A DNA stretch of 59,417 nt from a virus. Location: the IMG/VR virus record IMGVR_UViG_3300003322_000298, positions 1 to 59,417 of that record, one strand, 5' to 3'. The notes below the pieces were generated by a model that worked only from the letters and a program-made list of their open reading frames with translations, made no database searches and was not told the DNA's origin. Position numbers and translations under genes: made by a program. The stretch's first letter is position 1. Each line of letters starts with the position of its first letter. Positions 43,680 to 52,201 of this stretch are shown in pieces.

Positions 43680-44081
43680 ATGCGACTCGATCTGGACGCC
43701 CTCAAGGCCGAAGCCTCGCGCATGACCTATGAGCGTGCGCGCGCCGAGGCGATGGGCTTCAGGTTCGAAGACATCGACGTGAAGCGCGCGCACGGCGTTG
43801 GTGTTCAATTGACCGGCACGCTGATTTGCGTGTGCGGTAGGCGCGAGCGGTTTTCGGAGGGCTTTGTTTTCGACGATGGCCGAGTGCACGTTTGGGACAT
43901 GATGAGGTACCTGCTTGAGCGCATGAACATCGCGCGCGCCATGGGGCGGGCTGGTGCCTTCACGCGTGAGCACTTGCTGCAGGATGGCTACACACCCGAG
44001 CAGGTCGACGAGATCGAGAGCAAGGGCCGGCGCTTCGACCAGGAGTGCCGAGAGAGACTCTGGAGCAGCGATGTCAGGTGA
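43680..44081 (+). CDS. hypothetical protein
   Basis: ORF. Confidence 0.58.
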   Translation: MRLDLDALKAEASRMTYERARAEAMGFRFEDIDVKRAHGVGVQLTGTLICVCGRRERFSEGFVFDDGRVHVWDMMRYLLERMNIARAMGRAGAFTREHLLQDGYTPEQVDEIESKGRRFDQECRERLWSSDVR

Positions 44082-44334
44082 AGTGGTCGTATGCAGTGCA
44101 GGCTGCAAGCGCAGCGTAGAGCTGCCACAGGACGGCACCACGCCGCCCGGCTGGGAGCAGCTGCAGATCACCAATCGCTGGCGCTGCATGCAGTGCTATC
44201 GCGAACTCGACGCGGGGAACAGCATGCAGGGAACACAGTCCGCCTTCACGCCCGACCCACTGCCGGCCGACTCGATCGGCGCGCTGAAGAAGCTGCCAGA
44301 CGCGCCGCCGCTTCATGAAAAGGTGAAGCCGTGA
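44071..44334 (+). CDS. hypothetical Cys-rich protein
   Basis: ATG 44071. CSAGC...CMQC. Confidence 0.52.
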   Translation: MSGEVVVCSAGCKRSVELPQDGTTPPGWEQLQITNRWRCMQCYRELDAGNSMQGTQSAFTPDPLPADSIGALKKLPDAPPLHEKVKP

Positions 44335-44840
44335 ACGTCGACGACATCAGGCGAGAGGCGAGGATCAGTGATTGCGGGCGATTCCGCTACTTCCTGCGCA
44401 GATCTTGGCCGGAGATTTCGCCATTCGGCGCACAGCGCCTCGTCGTGATCATGCTCAATCCGAGCACGGCCGATCACCAAGTCGACGATCCGACGGTGCG
44501 CAAGATGATGTCCTTCGCGATGCGCGAGGGGTTCCGCGAGGTGACGATCGTTAACCTCTTCGCCTACCGCTCGTCATCGCCAGGCGTGCTGAAGGCTCAC
44601 GGCTTCCCGGTCGGCGTCGAGACAGACGCCTTCATCACGGCCGCCGTCAGGATGTCAGACGCAGTCCTCTGCGCCTGGGGCGCGCATGCCGAAGGCCTGG
44701 CTCGCGTCGACGAGGTGCGAGCGATCTTGCGCCGCTACCCAATGCTGCCGATCTTCTGTTTGGGCAGGACTAAGGCGGGGGAGCCTCGCCATCCGCTCTA
44801 TCTGTCGAATGGCACACCTTTCGAGGTCTTTAAGCCGTGA
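44331..44840 (+). CDS. DUF1643 family protein
   Basis: RYFLRRSW...VVIMLNPSTAD...DPTVRK...IVNLFAYR...PRHPLY. Confidence 0.8.
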   Translation: MNVDDIRREARISDCGRFRYFLRRSWPEISPFGAQRLVVIMLNPSTADHQVDDPTVRKMMSFAMREGFREVTIVNLFAYRSSSPGVLKAHGFPVGVETDAFITAAVRMSDAVLCAWGAHAEGLARVDEVRAILRRYPMLPIFCLGRTKAGEPRHPLYLSNGTPFEVFKP

Positions 44841-44842
44841 AC

Positions 44843-44995
44843 ATGAGCGCTTTCTTTCTCGGAGCCGCATGCATGATTCTTCTCGGAATGCTTTCGCAGA
44901 TGCGCCGGCAGACTGCCGCGCAGGAACGGATTGCGGACGCACTCGAAGGCCTGCAGGATCACGCGGACTTCGAGACCAGCGCGCCCAAGGAATGA
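44843..44995 (+). CDS. small membrane protein (50 aa)
   Basis: Fills the gap. One TM helix. Confidence 0.4.
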   Translation: MSAFFLGAACMILLGMLSQMRRQTAAQERIADALEGLQDHADFETSAPKE

Positions 44996-44996
44996 C

Positions 44997-45515
44997 ATGC
45001 AGCTGATCGGCATCGACATCGGCATGAAGGGCGCCATCGCGGCGATCAATGGCGAAACCGAGAGGCCATTTCCGGTCGTCTACGACATGCCCATCGTCGA
45101 GGACGATCTAGGGAAGCGCGTTGATGCGCGCGCCCTGGTGAAGCTGCTCAAGATCATCACGGCGCAGGACAGCGAGGCGCATGTGCTGATCGAGAACATC
45201 ATCGCCAGGCCGGGCGGCAACAGGCCGGGACAGGAACGCCACGGCAACACCATCCAATCACAGGGCTCCATGATGCGCCAGCGCGGCGCGATCGAGGCCA
45301 TTGTCGACTGCCTGGGCTTCCCGCTCTACAAAGTCGATCCGCAGGCCTGGAAACGCCGATATGGGCTCATCGGCAAGCAGAAGGAAGACAGCCGCCAGAC
45401 GGCGCTTCGCATCTTTCATGGCGACCCGATCACGCTTTTTCTGGCACGAAAGAAAGACGACGGGCGCGCGGAGGCACTTCTGCTCGCACGTCATCTTTTG
45501 GGGATGGATCGATGA
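44997..45515 (+). CDS. RuvC-like Holliday junction resolvase
   Basis: LIGIDIGMKGAIA, VLIENI, DDGRAEALLLA acidic catalytic contexts. Confidence 0.82.
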   Translation: MQLIGIDIGMKGAIAAINGETERPFPVVYDMPIVEDDLGKRVDARALVKLLKIITAQDSEAHVLIENIIARPGGNRPGQERHGNTIQSQGSMMRQRGAIEAIVDCLGFPLYKVDPQAWKRRYGLIGKQKEDSRQTALRIFHGDPITLFLARKKDDGRAEALLLARHLLGMDR

Positions 45516-45688
45516 ACGCTTTTATCTTCATTGCCGGCATGTTCTTCGCTCTCTCGGCTTTGACGCACTTATGGCAGCTTGGCTCGGGGGAAAGCGGTGA
45601 ATCGCCGCACACGATTGCACTTGCAGTGGTGTTGGAGGTGCTCCTCGCCGGCTGGGCGGCACATCTTGTGGCGAGCGCCGTCAAATGA
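45512..45688 (+). CDS. small membrane protein (58 aa)
   Basis: ATGA coupling at both ends. Two TM helices. Confidence 0.45.
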   Translation: MNAFIFIAGMFFALSALTHLWQLGSGESGESPHTIALAVVLEVLLAGWAAHLVASAVK

Positions 45689-45861
45689 AATGCTCGCGCT
45701 GTGGTCGCACGATCACCCACGTGGGAGGCGAAGTGCGGATGCGCGACGAGGTACTGCTCTTCGGACCGAAGTGCGCAAAGCTTGCCGGCCTAATGGCCAT
45801 GCGCAAACCGCCGCCTCAGCCGAAGCCAGTCGACGCGGCCCAGCTGCCCCTCGGCATCTGA
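45685..45861 (+). CDS. small Cys-containing protein (58 aa)
   Basis: ATGA coupling. MKCSRCGR... Confidence 0.42.
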   Translation: MKCSRCGRTITHVGGEVRMRDEVLLFGPKCAKLAGLMAMRKPPPQPKPVDAAQLPLGI

Positions 45862-45882
45862 CGTGGGCCGCTACGATGCGGC

Positions 45883-46110
45883 ATGCCTACCCTCAGAGAC
45901 GGCCGCCAGGTCGACAGCGCATCCCCCGAATGGGCCCGCGAGTGCCTGGCCCGCTGGGTGCTCTCAATGCCGCTGCAGAAGCGCCGCGAGTGGCTCGCCG
46001 ACTTCGAGTTGAAGAACAAGGAGGGAGGGCAAGAGTTGCGCCAACTCATGGTAGACCTGCACGCTGACAAGAAACGTCAGCGAGTGACGCAAAGCGTCGG
46101 AGGAACCTGA
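45883..46110 (+). CDS. hypothetical protein
   Basis: ORF. Confidence 0.5.
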   Translation: MPTLRDGRQVDSASPEWARECLARWVLSMPLQKRREWLADFELKNKEGGQELRQLMVDLHADKKRQRVTQSVGGT

Positions 46111-46170
46111 CGAGATTGGTCGCTTTCCGTTGCGCGTGTGCCGAAAACATACCCTTTTGGGCCTGGCACA

Positions 46171-46189
46171 ACTACTGCAATGTAGTAGT
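46171..46189 (+). promoter_or_regulatory. ACTACT-N7-AGTAGT palindrome containing TGTAGTAG
   Basis: Lies in the gap upstream of 46216. Same heptamer as at 32471 and 42016. Confidence 0.35.
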
Positions 46190-46215
46190 CATCGCAACCC
46201 GAAGGAGACCGCAAG

Positions 46216-46443
46216 ATGAACACCTACACCGCGCAAGTGACATGGCAGTTCAACAATGCGCATCGCAACGCACCGGAGACCTCAATGACCACCAGCCTCA
46301 AGATCGCCGCGCTTCGCGCAAGGATGGTCGCCCGCACGAGCGCACGCCGTGCCGTCGAGATACTCATCGCTGCCGGCGTCGCCTTCGAGCAAGCCGTGCA
46401 CTTCGTGCTCAACGCGCTGCGCGCCGGCCGCGCCAACGCCTGA
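46216..46443 (+). CDS. hypothetical protein
   Basis: GAAGGAGA 7 nt upstream. Confidence 0.55.
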   Translation: MNTYTAQVTWQFNNAHRNAPETSMTTSLKIAALRARMVARTSARRAVEILIAAGVAFEQAVHFVLNALRAGRANA

Positions 46444-46466
46444 CCTGCAACCACCGAGACCAAGCC

Positions 46467-46625
46467 ATGCAAACCCCAAAGTTCCCGTACTACCTCCCGC
46501 CGCACCGCACGGCGCTGATCAACAAGCTGGGCCACGAGCGCATCGCCGCTCTGCGCGAGCAGCGCGCCAAGGGCCACGCCGAGCGCGTGCTTCAGAGCCT
46601 CATGGCAAACCGCAAGGCAGCCTGA
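46467..46625 (+). CDS. small hypothetical protein
   Basis: In-frame ATG of track ORF 46116-46625. Confidence 0.42.
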   Translation: MQTPKFPYYLPPHRTALINKLGHERIAALREQRAKGHAERVLQSLMANRKAA

Positions 46626-46626
46626 C

Positions 46627-47094
46627 ATGAGCACGACGAAGCAATGCCGCGCCTGCGCTGGGTCATTCACTCCCTCAGCGCATCAGCTGAGCAAGAGTGA
46701 CTGGATCTGCCGCGACTGCGACAGCGCCCGCCACAGGGAATGGGAGGCGCGCCGCAAGGCCGAAGGTCGCCCAGTGCAGCACACGCGGATGCCGCGCGAG
46801 TACCACCAAGCATATGAGGCCGTCTATACGCGGCGGCCAGAGGTCAAACAGCGCCGCGCTGCGCAGATGCGCGGGTACGCCACAGCGCACGGAACGGCGG
46901 AGCACCACAAGGCCCGCCGCAAAGTTCGCACTGAGATCGAGGCAGGGCGGATGCACCGCAAGGCCTGTGAGGTGTGCGGCGAACTGAAGACGCATGCTCA
47001 CCACGACGACTACAGCAAGCCTCTGGACGTGCGTTGGCTGTGTCCGAAGCATCACCGGGAGCATCACGCCAAGGCTACCGGGAGCGCGGCATGA
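46627..47094 (+). CDS. zinc-finger / HNH-like phage protein
   Basis: CRAC...CRDC at the N-terminus. CEVCG...HAHHDDYSKPLDVRWLCPKHHREHH at the C-terminus. Confidence 0.62.
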   Translation: MSTTKQCRACAGSFTPSAHQLSKSDWICRDCDSARHREWEARRKAEGRPVQHTRMPREYHQAYEAVYTRRPEVKQRRAAQMRGYATAHGTAEHHKARRKVRTEIEAGRMHRKACEVCGELKTHAHHDDYSKPLDVRWLCPKHHREHHAKATGSAA

Positions 47095-47122
47095 AGACCA
47101 AGCTCAGCTCGAAGGCTGGCAA

Positions 47123-47353
47123 ATGATGAAGACCATCGGCAGAGCAGTGCTTCGCGCGGCGCTGCTCGTCTTCCTCGGCGGCTCCGTCGGCGCCCTCTTC
47201 ATGGTCGACGGCAAGGTCGACACGGCCATCGAATGGTTCGGCCTGGCCTGGGCGGTCTCGGCGCTAGTCTTCTGCGTGGCCGCGCCGCTTGTCATTCGCG
47301 AACTGCCCGAGACGAAGAGATTCGCCCTCTGGGTGCTTGGAGACGATCAATGA
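47123..47353 (+). CDS. membrane protein
   Basis: Two TM helices. Confidence 0.5.
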   Translation: MMKTIGRAVLRAALLVFLGGSVGALFMVDGKVDTAIEWFGLAWAVSALVFCVAAPLVIRELPETKRFALWVLGDDQ

Positions 47354-47613
47354 ATCACACGCCTGGGACTCTGTACTTTCGTGGGCCTAGCAGGCCTCGG
47401 CCCGACACGCCGGAGGGCGGCGACTATGCCCTCATTGATCAAGACGGCAAGATCATCGCCGAGGTTTTCGCGCGTGTCGGCTATGGCGTCGAGGGGATGA
47501 GGAACGCACGCGAGAACGCGCGGCGCATGGTGGCCCTCTGGAATACCTTCCAGCGCTTGTCGATCGAAGATATCGAGGTGCTGCTGCACGCCCAGGAGGC
47601 CAGCCATGGGTGA
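47350..47613 (+). CDS. hypothetical protein
   Basis: ATGA coupling. Confidence 0.55.
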   Translation: MNHTPGTLYFRGPSRPRPDTPEGGDYALIDQDGKIIAEVFARVGYGVEGMRNARENARRMVALWNTFQRLSIEDIEVLLHAQEASHG

Positions 47614-47731
47614 ATACTTCCAGTGGACCACCGACGTGATTGGCATCCTCGGCTTGATCGCGCTGAGCTTCATCGTGTGGGGCTTCACCGAGCTGCAGCG
47701 CCGCATCAAAGCTCGAAAGGAATCATCGTGA
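47606..47731 (+). CDS. small membrane peptide (41 aa)
   Basis: Fills the gap. One TM helix. Confidence 0.33.
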   Translation: MGEYFQWTTDVIGILGLIALSFIVWGFTELQRRIKARKESS

Positions 47732-47961
47732 CGGCAAAGATCATCGCGCCCGGCGAGAGTCAGGCCTACGCAATGGTGCGGCGCCTGGTGAACCAATTGA
47801 ACATCGCGCGCATTCGCCTGGACGATCTTGCCGGCAAGTACCCCGACGAATGGCTGCGCATCGACCGCGACATCATCCAAATTGACGCCATGCTCGAAGA
47901 GGCGGGGAAAGCACTGGAAGACCGCGAGAAGTTCTACATGCCGAGAAGGGAACAGCCGTGA
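47728..47961 (+). CDS. hypothetical protein
   Basis: GTGA coupling. Confidence 0.48.
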   Translation: MTAKIIAPGESQAYAMVRRLVNQLNIARIRLDDLAGKYPDEWLRIDRDIIQIDAMLEEAGKALEDREKFYMPRREQP

Positions 47962-48362
47962 CGACATTTAAGGCGCCGCCGCCGGCCGACCTTGGGCTCA
48001 ATTGGGTGCAGGAGGTTGCAGAAGACGTTCCTCGCGCCGTGGTGATCTGCGTCAAGGTCGGCCGCGTCGCGCCGACCATCGATCCAGACGCGAGCTTCGG
48101 CGAACAGGGGTGGCTGCTCCACCTTCGCACATTGAACGTGCGCGGCAAGCGCCTCGTGACGCTTTGCGAGACGGTTTGCGGCGGCAACTACACGCTACTT
48201 CTTGCTGTGCTGCGCGCAGTCCAGCTCGGCATCGAGGGCGAGACCTGGCTTCGCATGCTGATCGACAGAGCGGAGCCGATTCAAGAGGCTGCAGGCCGCG
48301 AAATCGTCGATCAGATCAGGCATCAACTCCCTGGCTTTGCCCGCCAGGCTGTCGCAGAATGA
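47958..48362 (+). CDS. hypothetical protein
   Basis: GTG start overlapping the upstream stop. Confidence 0.55.
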   Translation: MTTFKAPPPADLGLNWVQEVAEDVPRAVVICVKVGRVAPTIDPDASFGEQGWLLHLRTLNVRGKRLVTLCETVCGGNYTLLLAVLRAVQLGIEGETWLRMLIDRAEPIQEAAGREIVDQIRHQLPGFARQAVAE

Positions 48363-48529
48363 AGCCACTACAGGAATCGAGTTCCGTGAGGTGTCTTGAG
48401 ATTCTCGCCGTCGTGCTGGCTGTGCTACTCCTACTGGTCTCGTCGTTCGCCTTTGGCGTGCTTTACGAGTCGTCCAGGCCTATCGAGAAGCCGGCGCCAC
48501 GACAAACCAAGCCCAGCAAATGGGCGTGA
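48359..48529 (+). CDS. small membrane protein
   Basis: ATGA coupling. One TM helix. Confidence 0.45.
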   Translation: MKPLQESSSVRCLEILAVVLAVLLLLVSSFAFGVLYESSRPIEKPAPRQTKPSKWA

Positions 48530-48538
48530 GGAGATCGC

Positions 48539-48793
48539 ATGCAGATCGACCCATCAATCGCCCACCTCGTGAATGAGGATTGGGAGCCGACATACCCCCT
48601 CGAAACGGAGCAGCTAAGCGCGAGAGCCATCATGCGCGCACATGAGCGTGAAAGGCTCGGCCGTTCGCGCAGCGCGCGCTTCGAAGCAGCATGGCGCAAA
48701 GCGCTCAATTCAGATGCGTTTGTGATCATGCTCGTGGCGATCATCATGGGCGCCGCTTCACTGGCCGGTTATCTCTTGGCGCACATCAAATGA
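48539..48793 (+). CDS. hypothetical protein with C-terminal TM helix
   Basis: ORF. Confidence 0.5.
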   Translation: MQIDPSIAHLVNEDWEPTYPLETEQLSARAIMRAHERERLGRSRSARFEAAWRKALNSDAFVIMLVAIIMGAASLAGYLLAHIK

Positions 48794-48933
48794 ACAAACC
48801 ATTCAAAAGCGATCGACACGCCGCTCTCGATGCGGTATTTCCTAGCAAGCCGCGCCGCATCGCGCCGGCTCCTATTCGCACCCGGCCGACACTATGGGTG
48901 CGTTTTCTTCGAATGCTCGGCCGCGCGAATTAA
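48790..48933 (+). CDS. small hypothetical protein
   Basis: ATGA coupling. Confidence 0.38.
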   Translation: MNKPFKSDRHAALDAVFPSKPRRIAPAPIRTRPTLWVRFLRMLGRAN

Positions 48934-48988
48934 TAGCTATGCCCCGCCGCCCGCTGAGCGGCTTACGAAGCAACTGACGAGGAATGAG

Positions 48989-49240
48989 ATGAACAAGCAT
49001 GGCGGGATCGGTGTTCGAGCGATCGATGGGGACCTGACCGTCTGCGCATCGGCCGATGGCACCGGCGCGAACTACGACACCCTCTGCGGAAACTCGCTGA
49101 GCGACAGCGAGATGACGTACTACCCGATCCGGGACAGCGAACGAATTACCTGCCCGCGGTGTTACGGGGTGTGGCTGGCCGCACGCGGATTCAAGGCTTC
49201 GAACTTTGCCAACGCTGCGAAGACTGGAGAACAATCATGA
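48989..49240 (+). CDS. hypothetical Cys-containing protein
   Basis: GAGGAATGAG upstream. Confidence 0.5.
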   Translation: MNKHGGIGVRAIDGDLTVCASADGTGANYDTLCGNSLSDSEMTYYPIRDSERITCPRCYGVWLAARGFKASNFANAAKTGEQS

Positions 49241-49923
49241 CCCACTACACCCCCGGCTGGCCACCCCTCGCCCTCCTCCTGAACGACAGTCCCCCGACAT
49301 CGAAGGCAGAGAAGGTGGAGGTGAAGCGTCGCACTCCTGAGCAAGAGGAGGCGGATCGGAAGAAGGACGTGCCGTTCGCCGACTGCGGCAACGAGGGCTG
49401 CGGCTGGCGCGGCCCGCTTTCCGAGACGTGCAGGCTTGGCAGTATCGGTCCCCTGTGCCCGAGATGCCGCGAAGTTGCAGAGCCCGACGCCCCACCCTCC
49501 AAGCCAGCCACGCAGGCCGGGGAGTGGATGGACTGCCACGAGGGGATGCCAGATCTTGCGCCGGGTACCTATGAATGGCGAAACAAGATCAGCCACGTCA
49601 CTTGTGCGCCTGGCGCATGCAGCCTGCGGCAGATCATCAACAGTGATTTCGAACGCTGGCAATACCGCCTCCTCACTCCCGCCCAGGAGGCGGGGAAGAT
49701 GGATCCTGTCTATTGGCTGAGTCGCAGACACGGTGTTGTCGTCCGTCGTCGCGTTGGCGGCGGCTTCGAGATGTGGCACCCGAACGATCCTCGCTGGACG
49801 CTGTCCAGCGATCCTGACATGCCTGTGCACGACGCGTCGGTGTATGAGCCCATCTACACCGGAGACACTCGCATCGCTGGCTGGGATTTGGACAGCCAAG
49901 GGAACCCGAGGGGTGGTGCATGA
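49237..49923 (+). CDS. hypothetical protein
   Basis: ATGA coupling. Cys cluster CGNEGCGW...CPRC. Confidence 0.6.
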   Translation: MTHYTPGWPPLALLLNDSPPTSKAEKVEVKRRTPEQEEADRKKDVPFADCGNEGCGWRGPLSETCRLGSIGPLCPRCREVAEPDAPPSKPATQAGEWMDCHEGMPDLAPGTYEWRNKISHVTCAPGACSLRQIINSDFERWQYRLLTPAQEAGKMDPVYWLSRRHGVVVRRRVGGGFEMWHPNDPRWTLSSDPDMPVHDASVYEPIYTGDTRIAGWDLDSQGNPRGGA

Positions 49924-50174
49924 GCACGAAGCACACGCACTGGGGCGTCGAGTACCTGACCAACTCTTCCGGCCGGCGCAGGGTTTGGCGCCTTGCACTC
50001 TCGTCGATCCGCCGCGCAAAGCACACTGCCATGCAGATCGCGCTCGATGACTTCATCGGGGCTGACAACACCGGCGCACGCTGGGGCCAATGGCACGCCA
50101 TGCGCGACGCGGGCCAGATCCGCGCCGTGAAGCTGACGATCACGAAGACCCAAGGAGAAGACCATGCAAAGTGA
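49920..50174 (+). CDS. hypothetical protein (paralog family A, intact copy)
   Basis: ORF. A near-identical partial copy lies at 51780-52029. Confidence 0.6.
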   Translation: MSTKHTHWGVEYLTNSSGRRRVWRLALSSIRRAKHTAMQIALDDFIGADNTGARWGQWHAMRDAGQIRAVKLTITKTQGEDHAK

Positions 50175-50346
50175 AGCGCCCGACTACTGGAACCACTCGG
50201 TGAAGTTCTGCCTCTTCTGCAACAAGGAAGGCCACCTCACGAACGAGTGCTGGTCAACGCACGCCATCAACACGCCTGCGCAGAAGGAACTGGCACGCCT
50301 CGCTTACCTCGCCTCGCCATCCCCCCAGCCCGCAGAGAAGGCAGAG
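49928..50346 (+). repeat. direct repeat copy 1 (partner 51782-52201)
   Basis: 50036-50346 is near-identical to 51891-52201 (311 nt, about 3 mismatches by eye). The 5' part is identical, then a divergent patch follows. Confidence 0.9.
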
Positions 50347-51042
50347 CCGGTGGGGGAGGTTGTCGAACTCAGCAACGGCGAAAAACACCTGCGCTGGGCA
50401 ACGATGAAATTCCCCCCTGTCGGCACCAAGCTTTACGCCGCACCCCTGCCCACGGCTCCAGAGGGGGCGGAGGCCGCATTCCGCGCCACCGATCAGGTGC
50501 TCGACCTGCTGGTCGCATCCGGAAACATCACCCGCGAGAAAGCCTTTCAGTGCCGCGACATCTGGAAGCAGTTCTTCGCCTACCCCGCCGCACCCCGCCA
50601 AGCAGCGCAGGAGGGGCTACACCCTACAACCGCAGACCTCGTGCGCCGATTTGCAGAAGCGCTTGCGGACAAGCTGCGCGCCGCCGAACAGAAGTACGGC
50701 TACAGCGATGGTTGGGCGTCACCGGACTGGATGGATGAATGCCGCCAGCATTTGTTGGAGCATGTCAAAAAGGGCGACCCGCGCGACGTTGCTGCCTACT
50801 GCGCATTCCTTTGGCATCACGGAGCCTCGACCACCCCCTCACCAGCCGCCCAAGCGCCAGGCGGGGAGCAGGAACTGATCGAGCAGTTCCGCGCGAAGCT
50901 CCAGACTGTGTGCAACGAGGCTGCTCAAAACGTCGGCAAGGCCATTCCAATCCCGAAGGAAATCGCTGCCGAGTGGCGAGCCTTTGCACGCGGGGAGCCT
51001 TCGGTGTTTGATCTTCTTTTCGAGAAAGACGATTCGGCATGA
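50164..51042 (+). CDS. CCHC zinc-knuckle protein (paralog family B, copy 1)
   Basis: C-LF-C-NKEG-H-LTNE-C at residues 16-29. Confidence 0.68.
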   Translation: MQSEAPDYWNHSVKFCLFCNKEGHLTNECWSTHAINTPAQKELARLAYLASPSPQPAEKAEPVGEVVELSNGEKHLRWATMKFPPVGTKLYAAPLPTAPEGAEAAFRATDQVLDLLVASGNITREKAFQCRDIWKQFFAYPAAPRQAAQEGLHPTTADLVRRFAEALADKLRAAEQKYGYSDGWASPDWMDECRQHLLEHVKKGDPRDVAAYCAFLWHHGASTTPSPAAQAPGGEQELIEQFRAKLQTVCNEAAQNVGKAIPIPKEIAAEWRAFARGEPSVFDLLFEKDDSA

Positions 51043-51236
51043 ACGCTATCGAACACAAGCTGCTGCAACCGATGAAGCCAATGGGCTTCACACCGACTTG
51101 CAGCGACCTCGAGCACGAGTGCCCTGACGTTCCGGACAAAGTGGCTTGCTACCTCTACGAACCACAGCGCGGCATGTGCCCGTACCTGCGAACCCCTCCC
51201 AAGACCCCCGCAGCCACCGAGGGGGAAACGCCGTGA
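51039..51236 (+). CDS. hypothetical Cys-rich protein
   Basis: ATGA coupling. Confidence 0.5.
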   Translation: MNAIEHKLLQPMKPMGFTPTCSDLEHECPDVPDKVACYLYEPQRGMCPYLRTPPKTPAATEGETP

Positions 51237-51442
51237 GCAGGCCACGCGGCGGCAAACGCTACTTCGAGGCACAGGGGCGGTCTGCGAAGTCCAAGGGCCT
51301 TGCGATTAGCTGGGGGCGCGTCGAACGCCTGTCATGGCCGGAGTGGGCGCGCCAAGCCTGGGCGCGCGGCTGGATCAACCAGGGGCCTCTGTACGCCACC
51401 ATCACTCGCGCTGCTGCCTCCCTTGCAAAGGAAGCACCATGA
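51233..51442 (+). CDS. hypothetical protein
   Basis: GTGA coupling. Confidence 0.48.
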   Translation: MSRPRGGKRYFEAQGRSAKSKGLAISWGRVERLSWPEWARQAWARGWINQGPLYATITRAAASLAKEAP

Positions 51443-51783
51443 CCCTCTTGACCGAAGAAAAAAAGGAAGAAATCTACAACGCATGGCGCGATGCTGGCGA
51501 CGATGAGAGCTATGGCGACCTCATGGACCGCGTTCAGCAAGCCGTCCTTGCCGAGGTGGCAGGGAAGTGGAAGCTGGTGCCGGTGGAGCCGACCCAGGAG
51601 ATGTGCCAAGCTGCAGTCGAGACCCCGGGCATGGTCGCCTTCTCCGGTGATGCACAGATGACCCGTATGCGCCAGCATCAAGAGCATTGGGCAACGCCAT
51701 ACCCGGGTGAAGGCACGGTGCTGGAACAAGTCTGGCGCGCCATGCTCGCTGCCGCTCCTTCTCTTCCTGAGGTGGGAGAATGA
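51439..51783 (+). CDS. hypothetical protein (paralog family E, copy 1)
   Basis: Shares AVLAEVAGK..LVPVEPT.EM and MLAAAPSLPEVGE with 53198-53470. Confidence 0.6.
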   Translation: MTLLTEEKKEEIYNAWRDAGDDESYGDLMDRVQQAVLAEVAGKWKLVPVEPTQEMCQAAVETPGMVAFSGDAQMTRMRQHQEHWATPYPGEGTVLEQVWRAMLAAAPSLPEVGE

Positions 51784-52029
51784 AGCACACGCACTGGGGC
51801 GTCGAGTACCTGACCAACTCGTCAGGCCGGCGCTGGGTTTGCGCACCTTGCACTCGGGTCGATTCGCCGCACGAAGTTCGAAGCCATGCTGATCGCGCTC
51901 GATGACTTCATCGGGGCTGACAACACCGGCGCACGCTGGGACCAATGGCACGCCATGCGCGACGCGGGCCAGATCCGCGCCGTGAAGCTGACGATCACGA
52001 AGACCCAAGGAGAAGACCATGCAAAGTGA
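51780..52029 (+). pseudogene. frameshifted paralog of 49920-50174
   Basis: N-terminal 18 aa match copy 1. One extra base near 51840 shifts the frame (stop at 51903-51905). The C-terminal 47 aa are conserved in the +1 frame. Confidence 0.5.
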
Positions 52030-52201
52030 AGCGCCCGACTACTGGAACCACTCGGTGAAGTTCTGCCTCTTCTGCAACAAGGAAGGCCACCTCACGAACG
52101 AGTGCTGGTCAACGCACGCCATCAACACGCCTGCGCAGAAGGAACTGGCGCGCCTCGCTTACCTCGCCTCGCCATCCTCCCAGCCCGCAGAGAAGGCAGA
52201 G
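51782..52201 (+). repeat. direct repeat copy 2 (partner 49928-50346)
   Basis: See copy 1. The offset changes from 1854 to 1855 across the divergent patch. Confidence 0.9.

Noticed and set aside
51836-51845. GGGTTTG in the frameshifted paralog as a programmed slippery site.
   Set aside because: The heptamer is not in the X_XXY_YYZ register of the upstream frame. The required shift is +1, not -1. A simple 1-nt indel relative to the intact copy explains it.
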